Below, piece by piece: positions 36,009 through 46,306 of a DNA stretch of 64,000 nucleotides. The notes beneath the pieces are model-generated. The model did not search any database. It was not told where the DNA came from and worked only from the letters and a program-made list of their open reading frames with translations. A program made the translations under genes and the position numbers. Positions within the stretch are counted from its first letter, which is position 1; every line of letters starts with the position of its first letter. Source of the DNA: Escherichia coli. GTDB lineage: Bacteria > Pseudomonadota > Gammaproteobacteria > Enterobacterales > Enterobacteriaceae. Location of the stretch: the NCBI RefSeq assembly GCF_001677475.2, contig NZ_CP015229.1; one strand, written 5' to 3'.

Positions 36009-37375
36009 GCCTGAACTCCTTCTGGCGTCACCTGTTCAATATGGAAATCAAAACGCAGAGCGTCGTTGGCTTCAATCAGGTGATATATGGAAAATTCGTA
36101 TACTGGCCCGCCCTGGATATCAGAAGGGGAGAACGGGAACGCCAGGTTGCCTGCGGTAGCGATGCGGTTTTCATAGCCGTAGTGCAGCATAGTAGAGCGC
36201 ACCAGCGAGCAAACGCTGTTGGCAATTTCCTGGGTCGATGCAACTACATCTAGCACAATCCCCAGCTCATGCCCGGCAGTTTGCATCGGTTCATGGTCGC
36301 CCATCACCCCGTTTTTGCCGTACAGGTGGAAATTGATGCGAATGCTGTCATCGTCGAGCGACAGGTTACGCGAAACGCTGGTTTTGACTTCATCGATGAT
36401 TTTATCGATCCCGGCGATCATGATCGGGTCGCGCGTTCCTGCGATGGTCAGACAGCGGAAGCCCACTCGTCGCGCACCTTCCAGTTTCAGGGCATACGGC
36501 GTTCCTTCATGCTTAGAACCGCTGACGTACACTTCGCCGTCATTGACCGCTTTAAATGTGCAGCCTTTCAGGTTCAACACGCCGCCAGGTCCAGGCAGGA
36601 AGTAGGGATCGGATTTCTCATACAGTGTGTGTGCAGCCGCTGACGTTTCGGTAAATTTACGCTTCGGATTAAATGTCTTCAGCGTAAAGCCGTTGTCATC
36701 AATGATGCCCATCGCACAGTCAGAGCCTGAGCCGGGCGTTGCGGCGATTGCCGCGCATTCAAGGATTTTCCCACAATGCAGCGCCAGACCTTCATCAAAG
36801 CCTTGCATGATCGGTAGCGCAGCAAAGCAGGCCGGGTCGTAAGCGCGCCCGCCCAGCACCACTTGCGCGCCTTCTTTCAGCGCCTGCTGGAAGGGTTCGA
36901 TGCCCATTTGCGCGACGATATACGTACTTTCGTCAATCGCGTCGTGGGTTAACGGCGGGACAAAATCCAGCGCCGTGATTTTGCCGTTATCCAGCGCCTG
37001 GTGGACGATGGCTTTGTCAACGTCTGCCGGGATCAACGCCATCGAGAACGAGAGGTGCTCTTCCCGGGCAATCTCATGAATTATTTCTCGGCACCACTCC
37101 AGGTGTGGTGCGGCACCAGAACCGCCAGCCGTTCCGATCACCACCGGTATATTATTTTGCACGCCTGCGGTGATCATATAGCGCAGATCGCGCTTGACCC
37201 CTGCGCGATCGGTAAACGGTTTGCCTGCCCCGAGGTAGTGGGGGCCTGGATCGGAAGAGCCTGCATCAACGGCGATCAGATCGGGCGATTCTGCCATCGC
37301 TTTGCGGAAGCTCTCTTCCGGGAATCCATACCCGAGGATTGCCGTTGGCGATAAGACTTTAAAAGAACGAGCCAT
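36005..37375 (-). CDS. uncharacterized protein, large member of a coupled pair (possibly DUF1446/AtuA-like or an AcnX-type hydratase; unverified)
   Basis: 456-aa ORF starting 3 bp after methylaspartase; several conserved-looking Cys/Gly-rich stretches (GTAGGSGAAPH, HCGKILECAAIAATPGSGSDC); family assignment needs an HMM search. Confidence 0.55.
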   Translation of the reverse strand: MARSFKVLSPTAILGYGFPEESFRKAMAESPDLIAVDAGSSDPGPHYLGAGKPFTDRAGVKRDLRYMITAGVQNNIPVVIGTAGGSGAAPHLEWCREIIHEIAREEHLSFSMALIPADVDKAIVHQALDNGKITALDFVPPLTHDAIDESTYIVAQMGIEPFQQALKEGAQVVLGGRAYDPACFAALPIMQGFDEGLALHCGKILECAAIAATPGSGSDCAMGIIDDNGFTLKTFNPKRKFTETSAAAHTLYEKSDPYFLPGPGGVLNLKGCTFKAVNDGEVYVSGSKHEGTPYALKLEGARRVGFRCLTIAGTRDPIMIAGIDKIIDEVKTSVSRNLSLDDDSIRINFHLYGKNGVMGDHEPMQTAGHELGIVLDVVASTQEIANSVCSLVRSTMLHYGYENRIATAGNLAFPFSPSDIQGGPVYEFSIYHLIEANDALRFDFHIEQVTPEGVQA

Positions 37376-37378
37376 TTG

Positions 37379-38620
37379 TTAATCCTTAGCCTGCAACAGC
37401 GCGATAGTACGATTCATTTCGTTGAAGACAATATCGAGGCCTTCGTCAAAGCCCATCCCAGGTTTTACCAGCATACGCATAGGGCGAGCGGCAAGGGCGA
37501 CGTGGACACAGGTGCGTGCACTGACATCAGTTTCATTGCAGGTGCCGCCCTGGTACGCTTCCATGTTGTGGCTGTTGCAATAAAGAACTGCATCGACGAT
37601 GTTGTGAATACTGCCCAGATCCGGGGTTTTGATTTGCACCATGTGGCAACTGGCGGCATCAGTGAAATCAACAATATCCTGGTAGGTGTTACACCATTCA
37701 TCGGCCACAATTTTCACGCCGGAACCGAGGCGCATCAGCTCTTTGGTAATCGCGGTCAGCAGGCGAATTTGATCGGGCTTGTTACCGGCATCGACCGGCC
37801 CTTCAATGTAGAGCGGCAGGCCTTGCGCTTCTTTTTCCAGGCTGGCGATGTATTGCGCACAGCGAAGCGGATCCATATCGAAGATCAGACCGATAGTGCC
37901 GTATACATCGATGTGCAGGGTTGGGTGGTAGCGTGCGCTGGTGCGCTTGCTCAGAATGCGATCCGACAGCCAGCGGACATATTCGCGCAGTTTTTCACCT
38001 TTAAAGCCCAGCTTCTCTTCGACGTTATTAATCAGCGCATGGGGCAGCACGTCGATGCCTTTAAGGATCATCTTATCGACGGCGATATATCGATCGTCGC
38101 CGCTCTGACCAAATAATGGAATGGATTCCGCCACGCGTGGCAACTGCCATTCATCACAGACCACTTCAGTTTTCAGACGGCCGGTTGCCAGCGCGGCAGC
38201 ATCAAGCAGCGCCTGTGATAATCCGTAGCGCACGGCGGTATGCAGCAAGTTGCCGTCAATACGCAATTTGTCGAAGAAACGGGCATTCGGCAGGAAAGCA
38301 TCCACATCGCGGCCTACCAGTAATGGCTTAATATGGTCGTTGAGGAACGGAATAAAGTGCTCTGCGAGGAACAGTGGATCGCGACCACCTGCCCCGGAAT
38401 ACTGTACGGCAGCACAGTCACCTACAGCGACCGCGCCGTTTTCCAGAATCAACTGTACCGATACGCACTCCCCAGCCTGACGTACGGCGTTAAACCCTTG
38501 TGTTACTGGCTCCCCGGTATAAAAAAAGCCGTCGTGACCCGCTCCGTTTTTTATCGCCTGCTGGTCATCGAAATAGAATGAGGAATAGCCAGCGGTGAAC
38601 AGGGCCTGTTTTATTTTCAT
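37379..38620 (-). CDS. mal: 3-methylaspartate ammonia-lyase (beta-methylaspartase)
   Basis: 413-aa ORF, enolase-superfamily methylaspartase signature (FYFDDQ.AIK.GAGHDGF N-terminus). Confidence 0.9.
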   Translation of the reverse strand: MKIKQALFTAGYSSFYFDDQQAIKNGAGHDGFFYTGEPVTQGFNAVRQAGECVSVQLILENGAVAVGDCAAVQYSGAGGRDPLFLAEHFIPFLNDHIKPLLVGRDVDAFLPNARFFDKLRIDGNLLHTAVRYGLSQALLDAAALATGRLKTEVVCDEWQLPRVAESIPLFGQSGDDRYIAVDKMILKGIDVLPHALINNVEEKLGFKGEKLREYVRWLSDRILSKRTSARYHPTLHIDVYGTIGLIFDMDPLRCAQYIASLEKEAQGLPLYIEGPVDAGNKPDQIRLLTAITKELMRLGSGVKIVADEWCNTYQDIVDFTDAASCHMVQIKTPDLGSIHNIVDAVLYCNSHNMEAYQGGTCNETDVSARTCVHVALAARPMRMLVKPGMGFDEGLDIVFNEMNRTIALLQAKD

Positions 38621-40065
38621 TATGGTCTTCCTATTAATTTACTGTGGGATACAGCATTGATGTCATCTACAACCATCTGGAATGTCGGTTGGCGTCCTTC
38701 AAAGCGTGCGCGTTCCGCAACGTAATCGTGGTGGAGGTCGAGAATATCTTTTGGCAATGGAACGGCTCCGGCTTCCAGTACGCGTATCGCGCCGGTGTTG
38801 TCACGGACCGGAAGAATTTTGCCCGCGTTGCAGGCGGCTGGCGCAAATGGCACATCCAGTACGCCCGCTTCAAATGCCAGCACCGTTCCGCGCGCAATAT
38901 CATCATTACCCAGTTCGAACACTTTATTCAGTACTGCGCGAACCTCGCTCTTAATCAGTTCAATTTCCAGTTCAACCGCAGGGCACGGCGGAAATTTCTG
39001 CTCATTGACCATGTTGAGCATCTGGCGGGAGGCTTTTAGCCCCTGAATGTTGGCAGCGGCAGTCGGGATGCCCCAGGCTTCGTGCGGACTTTTGGTGATG
39101 ACTTTGGTGGCACCAGACATCCCCGCGACGGCTGCGCCCCAGGAGATAATAGCGAACGCTTTCGATTCGTCTTCCGGAAAGCCGCCCATCCACTGGTGAA
39201 ACACGGTACTTAATTCATAGTCGGTATAGCCATAGCTCTGAAAGTAGTCATGTGCAAGTTCACGCAGAGACTGGATCGCCGCAACATCCTGCGTCAGGCT
39301 GCCGACCTGTCCATAACCAACGGTGATAGATTTCACACCCTGTTCCAGTGCCAGCAATCCTTCGATTATCGCGATAGAGTGCGAGATAAACGGCGGGATC
39401 AGCGTACCCGTTAGTGGGCCAAACGGTTCGCGGTTGATGCGGATCCCGTGTTCTTCATACATCCCCATTAAACGGTCGCAGTACTGCCAGTCGCGGATCG
39501 ATTTTTCCAGCGTTACGCGTTTGGCATACGGAATGTTGTAGGAAATGCCGCCGCCTTCATAACTGGTAAAGCCGCTGGACATCGAGATTTCAGCCAGCAG
39601 ACGTGCATCTGGCGTGCCGTGGCGGATCTGTAGCGGTTTTTGCAGGGTTTCGGTGAGGCGACGGCAAGCAGCGACACCATGGTTAACTACCGGTAAACCG
39701 TTCAGTTTAGAGGTTCCGGCTTCGATGGATTTTTTAATCCCTACAGCCGCTTCTTCGTACCGATTCAGACGGGTATATGCATCGATGGTGCTTGGCAGCA
39801 GATCGCACTCTTCTTGTAGTGTTTTCAGTAGTTCGATGTGTTCGTCCATCAGCGCCACACCTGCGCGTGGTTGGCTAAGGGTTTTTCCTTCCTTGTCTGC
39901 TTTCAGCAGCGCAAGAGAGAAGCGTTTATGCTCAGGAATGGTTTGTTGGTATTTAACGCCATCTTCAAAGTTTTCAACATCCTTGCCGGTTTCCCAGGTT
40001 TTCAGTACCTGTTGCCGCTCGGTCATGAATTCGTCATGGGTTAATTTCTTATTTCGAAGTTCCAT
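38620..40065 (-). CDS. glmE: glutamate mutase epsilon (E) subunit
   Basis: 481-aa ORF matching methylaspartate mutase E chain; 1-nt overlaps with mal and near glmL. Confidence 0.88.
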   Translation of the reverse strand: MELRNKKLTHDEFMTERQQVLKTWETGKDVENFEDGVKYQQTIPEHKRFSLALLKADKEGKTLSQPRAGVALMDEHIELLKTLQEECDLLPSTIDAYTRLNRYEEAAVGIKKSIEAGTSKLNGLPVVNHGVAACRRLTETLQKPLQIRHGTPDARLLAEISMSSGFTSYEGGGISYNIPYAKRVTLEKSIRDWQYCDRLMGMYEEHGIRINREPFGPLTGTLIPPFISHSIAIIEGLLALEQGVKSITVGYGQVGSLTQDVAAIQSLRELAHDYFQSYGYTDYELSTVFHQWMGGFPEDESKAFAIISWGAAVAGMSGATKVITKSPHEAWGIPTAAANIQGLKASRQMLNMVNEQKFPPCPAVELEIELIKSEVRAVLNKVFELGNDDIARGTVLAFEAGVLDVPFAPAACNAGKILPVRDNTGAIRVLEAGAVPLPKDILDLHHDYVAERARFEGRQPTFQMVVDDINAVSHSKLIGRP

Positions 40066-40083
40066 TGATTGCAGCCTTAATTG

Positions 40084-41472
40084 TTATAGGGTTAAGCATT
40101 GAATACTGGTGCGCGCGGCGGCCAGCGGATCGACTCTGGCGACGTTTGCCAGCAGTGGTAATAGCCCCCGGGAATCGCGGTAATATTCAAATTCGGTCGG
40201 TAAGAGAATGCGTTTACCGTCGTCGTTTAACTCGCGGTATTTCAACCAGTGATGCATATCGAACTGACTGGCACGCGAGAGCCATCCGCCGGAACCCACG
40301 ACTTTACGCACGGTTGTCAGGTCACGTCCCATCTGTAAATCGACATTGCCGACGCAGGTGCAGACCTCTTTTTTGGTGCCCGCATGTCTTTCGGTGGCAT
40401 AACCCACACACAGTCCGGCCAGGACGGTATCGAAATATTTCTCTTCTGCATTTGCGGGTAAGTAGTCGGGATGAGCGACTAAATGACGGAGATAATGATA
40501 AAAAGCGTCCAGCTGTGCGGGTTGCTGAGCAAAATTCACATTGACTAACTCTTTCGCACTTTCACCAACCACCACTGCCGAGACGCGCATTCCCAGATCG
40601 CCTTCCACCGTCCGTTTTACGAAGGGTTCCGGTACGCCGTGTAAAACGGTGTCGGGCGAGAGCGTGTTGGCACAGGCGGAATAGACATCGGTGGTTGCGC
40701 CGCCCATGTCGATCAGCATGAACTCTTTCCAGCTGTGATCGACGTTACTGATTGCCTTAACCAGTTCAAAGACCGTCCATGGTGTCGGCCTTGGTTCTTC
40801 GCCTGTTTTATCAACAATGACATCCAGCCCTTTCCCTTTAACGATGCGTTTAAGGAATATGTCGCAAATAGCCTGGCGTGCGGCTAAAGGGTTCGGATGG
40901 TCAAGATCGGGCAGAACGTTGTCGACGATGGTCAGGTCTTTATGCCCGAGGAGCTCCTGCACCTCGTCCTGAATATCCCGGTTTCCGGCATAAATAATGG
41001 CGCAGTCGAGTTGGGATTCTGCCAGCACACGGGCGTTATTCAGTCCGTAACTTTCTTCTCCGCCGTCGGTGCCGCCGGTGAACAAGAGAATATCGGGCTG
41101 CGTTTCTTCCAGTGCCTGGATATCACGGCGGTTCAGCTTGTAGGAGTAATATTGCGCAATTTTAGCCCCCGCAGAGTGAGCGGTTACTTTCGCGGTTTCC
41201 AGGGTGATAGAAGGCACCAATCCCATTGCGGCAACCGCCAGCCCACCTTTGGCAGAGGAGGAATACTTTAATGCAACCTCACCACTGTTTAACAGGGGGA
41301 GGGCATCATCTACGTTTAACACCTGGTCCAGGCTGGAGAAAAACCCCTTCGCCAGATGATGGGTGGTGGTTGGGGTCAGAACGTGGTTAACCAACGTTAA
41401 CGCGTCCCCCTCCCGGGTGAAGAGGGCTGCTTTGGTCCACGTCGAACCAATATCGACAGAGACGATTTGCAT
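40084..41472 (-). CDS. glmL: glutamate mutase accessory protein (GlmL/MutL)
   Basis: 462-aa ORF between S and E subunit genes as in clostridial glmS-glmL-glmE; overlaps glmS stop. Confidence 0.8.
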   Translation of the reverse strand: MQIVSVDIGSTWTKAALFTREGDALTLVNHVLTPTTTHHLAKGFFSSLDQVLNVDDALPLLNSGEVALKYSSSAKGGLAVAAMGLVPSITLETAKVTAHSAGAKIAQYYSYKLNRRDIQALEETQPDILLFTGGTDGGEESYGLNNARVLAESQLDCAIIYAGNRDIQDEVQELLGHKDLTIVDNVLPDLDHPNPLAARQAICDIFLKRIVKGKGLDVIVDKTGEEPRPTPWTVFELVKAISNVDHSWKEFMLIDMGGATTDVYSACANTLSPDTVLHGVPEPFVKRTVEGDLGMRVSAVVVGESAKELVNVNFAQQPAQLDAFYHYLRHLVAHPDYLPANAEEKYFDTVLAGLCVGYATERHAGTKKEVCTCVGNVDLQMGRDLTTVRKVVGSGGWLSRASQFDMHHWLKYRELNDDGKRILLPTEFEYYRDSRGLLPLLANVARVDPLAAARTSIQCLTL

Positions 41473-41921
41473 CAGATTGCCTCTTCAAGAATGCGAGTAT
41501 CAACGTCATGACGTTGGTTGATATCGTGGGCCATCAGCTGACAAACATCTTCTAAGTCATGACTTGGGGAAAAGACGCGATCAAATCCCATCTCTTTGAA
41601 CTTGGTTTCCACGTCAGCGAAGTCATGTTTTCCGACCACCAGGTTACCGCCCACATAGAGCAGGATGTTACCCAGCCCACGCTCGATGCAGCGTTCGCGC
41701 ATGCCCAGACAATCGATATCGCCATGCCCATAGATAGAAGAGACGACAATCGCGTCAGCGCCAGTTTCAATAGCAGCATCAATATATTCGTCCTGGCTGA
41801 CCATTACGCCCAGATTAATGACTCTGAAGTCGTGGTTGCTAAAAACGCGGTCCAGAACTTTATTGCCTACTGCATGGCAGTCCGCGCCAATAACGCCAAT
41901 CACAAGTGTTGCTTTCTTCAT
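41472..41921 (-). CDS. glmS: glutamate mutase sigma (S) subunit, B12-binding
   Basis: Cobalamin-binding motif ([10 protein letters not shown]); start at 41921 ([19 protein letters not shown]) preferred over track start 41984. Confidence 0.88.
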   Translation of the reverse strand: MKKATLVIGVIGADCHAVGNKVLDRVFSNHDFRVINLGVMVSQDEYIDAAIETGADAIVVSSIYGHGDIDCLGMRERCIERGLGNILLYVGGNLVVGKHDFADVETKFKEMGFDRVFSPSHDLEDVCQLMAHDINQRHDVDTRILEEAI

Positions 41922-41984
41922 GGGTAATCCTTTGTAAGACAGAGAGTAAAATAAGTTACACACGTCGTATTTATGGCCGCTCAT

Positions 41985-42468
41985 AACGGCACAGGTTTAA
42001 TATCACAGGAGTGTCTTTATCTGACCGTAATGTTGCAATTGATCTATTTTCAAAATGTCTTTCGGGAAATGATTGTTTAAAGTGTGTTTTCAAATTCTCA
42101 TTTTAATTCAGTGTGTTATGTCAACTAATGTCATGAATGTTAAATTTTTAAAATTAACTTGATTTGATGTATTGAGATAATTGTGATCAACTTCTAATTT
42201 GCATTTTTGTGACGTGGCTTTAGCCATGAGTAAATGCATTTCATAAAAGTTAAGTCGAATTTCACTGCAATTCATCTCTGCTTAATGTAAAAATAATGTT
42301 GAAAATAACAAATAATTAATGATTCATGCGAATTATGACCTTTGTTAGCTCTTTTGATTTTTCGTAAAAAAGAAAAGCACATGAAGGTGCTACCAGTACG
42401 AGAAACGTTAATCAAAAGTTTTATTACGTCTGGCAATAACGCAGGCCATTTTTCGCGACAGGAGGGAT
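41985..42468 (-). promoter_or_regulatory. AT-rich leader/promoter region of the glmS-led operon
   Basis: ~480-bp very AT-rich non-coding spacer upstream of glmS; individual sites not resolved. Confidence 0.5.
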
Positions 42469-42891
42469 TTAATCAGTATAATCCTCATACAATAGGTCAG
42501 GATTTACAGAACCGTTAACGGGGTTTTGGTGTTGAAATTTAGAAATGGTGGAGTCAATCAATGAAGACAGTATCGAAAAAATGACTGTGTCAGAACTAAT
42601 TTCAATTAATCCTTCTCGTTGTTGATCAAAAAAGATATTTATCTTGATTTCATTTGTACTACGGCAATCAATATGTAGTAATTTTTGATCGCTGAGATTT
42701 TCTGTTTCATAAATGTTTTTGGCGATAGTCGGATGTATTGATGCCAGACATCTGCTCAGATAAGCCATATCCTTTAAGGAACTCCCCGCTGAGTAGAGGA
42801 TGTCAGAGAATTTTTGTGTGTCAACTGTTGTCTCTGAAGCGTATGTTGCATTGACAGGAAGAGTATTGAAAGAGATCTGAGATGGTATCAT
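42469..42891 (-). CDS. hypothetical protein (no recognisable family)
   Basis: 140-aa ORF in low-GC DNA, co-oriented with and 81 bp downstream of the 314-aa ORF. Confidence 0.5.
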   Translation of the reverse strand: MIPSQISFNTLPVNATYASETTVDTQKFSDILYSAGSSLKDMAYLSRCLASIHPTIAKNIYETENLSDQKLLHIDCRSTNEIKINIFFDQQREGLIEISSDTVIFSILSSLIDSTISKFQHQNPVNGSVNPDLLYEDYTD

Positions 42892-42972
42892 TATTTAAAT
42901 CTTTCCGTGAGTAATAAAAATTAATCCCCAGGCATTGTTTAGCAATATTTGCCATAGGGGATATATAGAAAA

Positions 42973-43917
42973 TTAAAGTATTTTATTGGCTTCGGTTAAC
43001 TGATCTATAACCAGTGCCAGATTGGTAAACATTTTGAAAAAGCGATACTGGCTCGGAATATCTCTTTCAAAGACGAAACATTCAAGGTCATTGTTTGAAA
43101 AATAAAGGACTAGTGTTGCTGATTCGTCAGGGAAAACATGGAAATGTATCTGGTTACCAGAAGGAGGATAGTCCAGAAGAAGGGTATCTTTGCCCGTCAC
43201 ATACCTGTTGTTGTCGTGGACGCTACGCTCACACTTCATCAGAGGTGTCAGGATACTCATGTATTCATCTGATGTTAATTTATTAAAATCATCATTCATT
43301 TTAAAGAAACGATAAAGTAACAGTACATCCTCTTGCGTAACCGGTTCGTTTGTTTTTAGAGGGAAATAAGCGGGAACCAGAAGATGAGGTTCTAATCTAT
43401 TTTGTTGAGCGCTATAACTGAATTTGAACATAAATTCTGGATCGCTCATCAATTGAGCGACATAATTATGCCTGGCTTCAAAAATTTTAATTTTTATCAG
43501 GTTGAATAAGTCTGTTTCGTCATCCTGTATTAAAAGACATTGGCCATAGCAGCCTGGATTTTTTTCATTATAAGCAGAAACGGTTATTCTGTCAGAGGTG
43601 TCAACGTTATATTCAAAAGCCAGATAGTGACCTTCTTCATCGCGATTTGTTTCCAGGTTATTTAAATTCATCACATGAAGTGTTTGCAATGCTGATTCAA
43701 TGAGTTGTTGACTCTCTGAGGTAAATGTTTTGCGCTGCGTTGTATAAAGTGTATCAATTCCAACGACTATCCGATGTGGATCAAGGATGGCGGCAATCAT
43801 CTTTATTACCTGCACAGTCACGGGTGATGTCATTGATTCTTCATCTGTTTTTAGAGGATCATTAGATGGCCAACCTGAGAAGCGATTGACAGCCGAACCG
43901 ATATTATCTGGACTCAT
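42973..43917 (-). CDS. hypothetical protein (no recognisable family)
   Basis: 314-aa ORF, low GC (~37-38% by eye versus ~51% backbone), no motif I can assign. Confidence 0.55.
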   Translation of the reverse strand: MSPDNIGSAVNRFSGWPSNDPLKTDEESMTSPVTVQVIKMIAAILDPHRIVVGIDTLYTTQRKTFTSESQQLIESALQTLHVMNLNNLETNRDEEGHYLAFEYNVDTSDRITVSAYNEKNPGCYGQCLLIQDDETDLFNLIKIKIFEARHNYVAQLMSDPEFMFKFSYSAQQNRLEPHLLVPAYFPLKTNEPVTQEDVLLLYRFFKMNDDFNKLTSDEYMSILTPLMKCERSVHDNNRYVTGKDTLLLDYPPSGNQIHFHVFPDESATLVLYFSNNDLECFVFERDIPSQYRFFKMFTNLALVIDQLTEANKIL

Positions 43918-44722
43918 AGCAGCAACCTCATTGTAATCAAGCGAGGCGCTGAGCGTACTCGGCTATAGAAAAACTAACTTGCAAAAATCGCTCATTTTTC
44001 ATTTATCAGGCGAAAGTGGCCTCTGTTCACTCAGAAACAATCACTCCCGCTAAGTCATACCTGTTTCATCGATACATTTAAGTGATTATTACTAATGAAA
44101 CAATAACATAACGGGCTTACGGTCGGTGCTCATAAAGGCAACAATCAATTAACTTTGATAAAAATATGTTATGTAAAATAGCAACAAATTGGCTACTCTA
44201 ATCAATTGGTATTATAAAAAGAGGATAAGGCGGTTCTGTTAAATAAAACACTGGTTTTTTATCTATACCTTTTCATTGTAATAATTGTGTTGCATAAATA
44301 TTTCACAATAAATTAACAATAAAATCACCAATGATCTATGGTTTATACATAATTAACATATTTGGTTGGTTTTGATATAAATCAATTTTTAATTCTTGAA
44401 AAAAATCTGCAAAACACGATAAATTGTCGTAGATCAAATTGGTGAGATCGTGACAATTTCGCTATAAATTGATCACTGTCGAAAAATGCAAATTTGCTCA
44501 ATAAAAACCTGTTTATTGTAAGGATTTTGCGGCGTAATATAATTACGGGATCAATTTGGTTTATTCATTAACATATTTGTAACTTTTTTATCATTGTCTT
44601 TTCCTCTTTTGATGAAATGGCAACGATAGAGGCGAGCAAATAATTTTGTATTGGGGCATGCGTGTGACCCTTTCTAACGGGGTTCACTCTCGGAGTCTTC
44701 ATGCGATGAGCAAGGAGTCATG
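43918..44722 (+). promoter_or_regulatory. cydAB upstream regulatory region
   Basis: ~800-bp AT-rich non-coding region before cydA; in K-12 this carries multiple promoters under ArcA/Fnr control (established knowledge; sites not mapped here). Confidence 0.6.
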
Positions 44723-46291
44723 ATGTTAGATATAGTCGAACTGTCGCGCTTACAGTTTGCCTTGACCGCGATGTACCACTTCCTTTTTGTGCCACTGACG
44801 CTCGGTATGGCGTTCCTGCTGGCCATTATGGAAACGGTCTACGTCCTTTCCGGCAAACAGATTTATAAAGATATGACCAAGTTCTGGGGCAAGTTGTTTG
44901 GTATCAACTTCGCTCTGGGTGTGGCTACCGGTCTGACCATGGAGTTCCAGTTCGGGACTAACTGGTCTTACTATTCCCACTATGTAGGGGATATCTTCGG
45001 TGCGCCGCTGGCAATCGAAGGTCTGATGGCCTTCTTCCTCGAATCCACCTTTGTAGGTCTGTTCTTCTTCGGTTGGGATCGTCTGGGTAAGGTTCAGCAT
45101 ATGTGTGTCACCTGGCTGGTGGCGCTCGGTTCAAACCTGTCCGCGCTGTGGATTCTGGTTGCGAACGGCTGGATGCAAAACCCAATCGCGTCCGATTTCA
45201 ACTTTGAAACTATGCGTATGGAGATGGTGAGCTTCTCCGAGCTGGTGCTTAACCCGGTTGCTCAGGTGAAATTCGTTCACACTGTAGCGTCTGGTTATGT
45301 GACTGGCGCGATGTTCATCCTCGGTATCAGCGCATGGTATATGCTGAAAGGTCGTGACTTCGCCTTCGCTAAACGCTCCTTTGCTATCGCTGCCAGCTTC
45401 GGTATGGCTGCCGTTCTGTCTGTTATTGTTCTGGGTGATGAATCCGGCTACGAAATGGGCGACGTGCAGAAAACCAAACTGGCTGCTATTGAAGCTGAGT
45501 GGGAAACGCAACCTGCGCCTGCTGCCTTTACTCTGTTCGGCATTCCTGATCAGGAAGAGGAGACGAACAAATTTGCGATCCAGATCCCTTACGCGCTGGG
45601 CATCATTGCAACGCGTTCCGTGGATACTCCAGTTATCGGCCTGAAAGAACTGATGGTGCAGCATGAAGAACGCATTCGTAACGGGATGAAGGCGTACTCT
45701 CTGCTCGAACAACTGCGTTCTGGTTCTACCGACCAGGCGGTTCGTGACCAGTTCAATAGCATGAAGAAAGACCTCGGTTACGGTCTGCTGCTGAAACGCT
45801 ATACGCCAAACGTGGCTGATGCGACTGAAGCTCAGATTCAACAGGCAACCAAAGACTCCATTCCGCGTGTAGCGCCGCTGTACTTTGCGTTCCGTATCAT
45901 GGTGGCGTGTGGCTTCTTGCTGCTGGCAATCATCGCGCTCTCTTTCTGGAGTGTCATCCGCAACCGCATTGGCGAGAAAAAATGGTTGCTGCGCGCCGCG
46001 CTGTACGGTATTCCGCTGCCGTGGATTGCTGTAGAAGCGGGCTGGTTCGTGGCTGAATATGGCCGCCAACCGTGGGCTATCGGTGAAGTGCTGCCGACAG
46101 CTGTGGCAAACTCGTCACTGACCGCAGGCGATCTCATCTTCTCAATGGTGCTGATTTGTGGCCTGTATACCCTGTTCCTGGTGGCAGAATTGTTCTTAAT
46201 GTTCAAGTTTGCACGCCTCGGCCCAAGCAGCCTGAAAACCGGTCGCTATCACTTTGAGCAGTCTTCCACGACTACTCAGCCGGCACGCTAA
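44723..46291 (+). CDS. cydA: cytochrome bd-I ubiquinol oxidase subunit I
   Basis: 522 aa from [20 protein letters not shown]. Confidence 0.97.
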
Positions 46292-46306
46292 GACAGGAGT
46301 CGTCAA

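Larger units (their letters stand above)
28950..43917. other. accessory genomic island occupying the locus held by mngR-mngAB in K-12
   Basis: Twelve non-K-12 genes between the sucD terminator and the cydA upstream region; mosaic composition with low-GC segments. Confidence 0.85.

Noticed and set aside
41922-41984. N-terminal 21-codon extension of glmS from the upstream ATG
   Set aside because: The extension ([21 protein letters not shown]) has no counterpart in glutamate mutase S subunits as I recall them, and the Met at 41921 has a good AAGGA Shine-Dalgarno; the shorter start is preferred but not proven.
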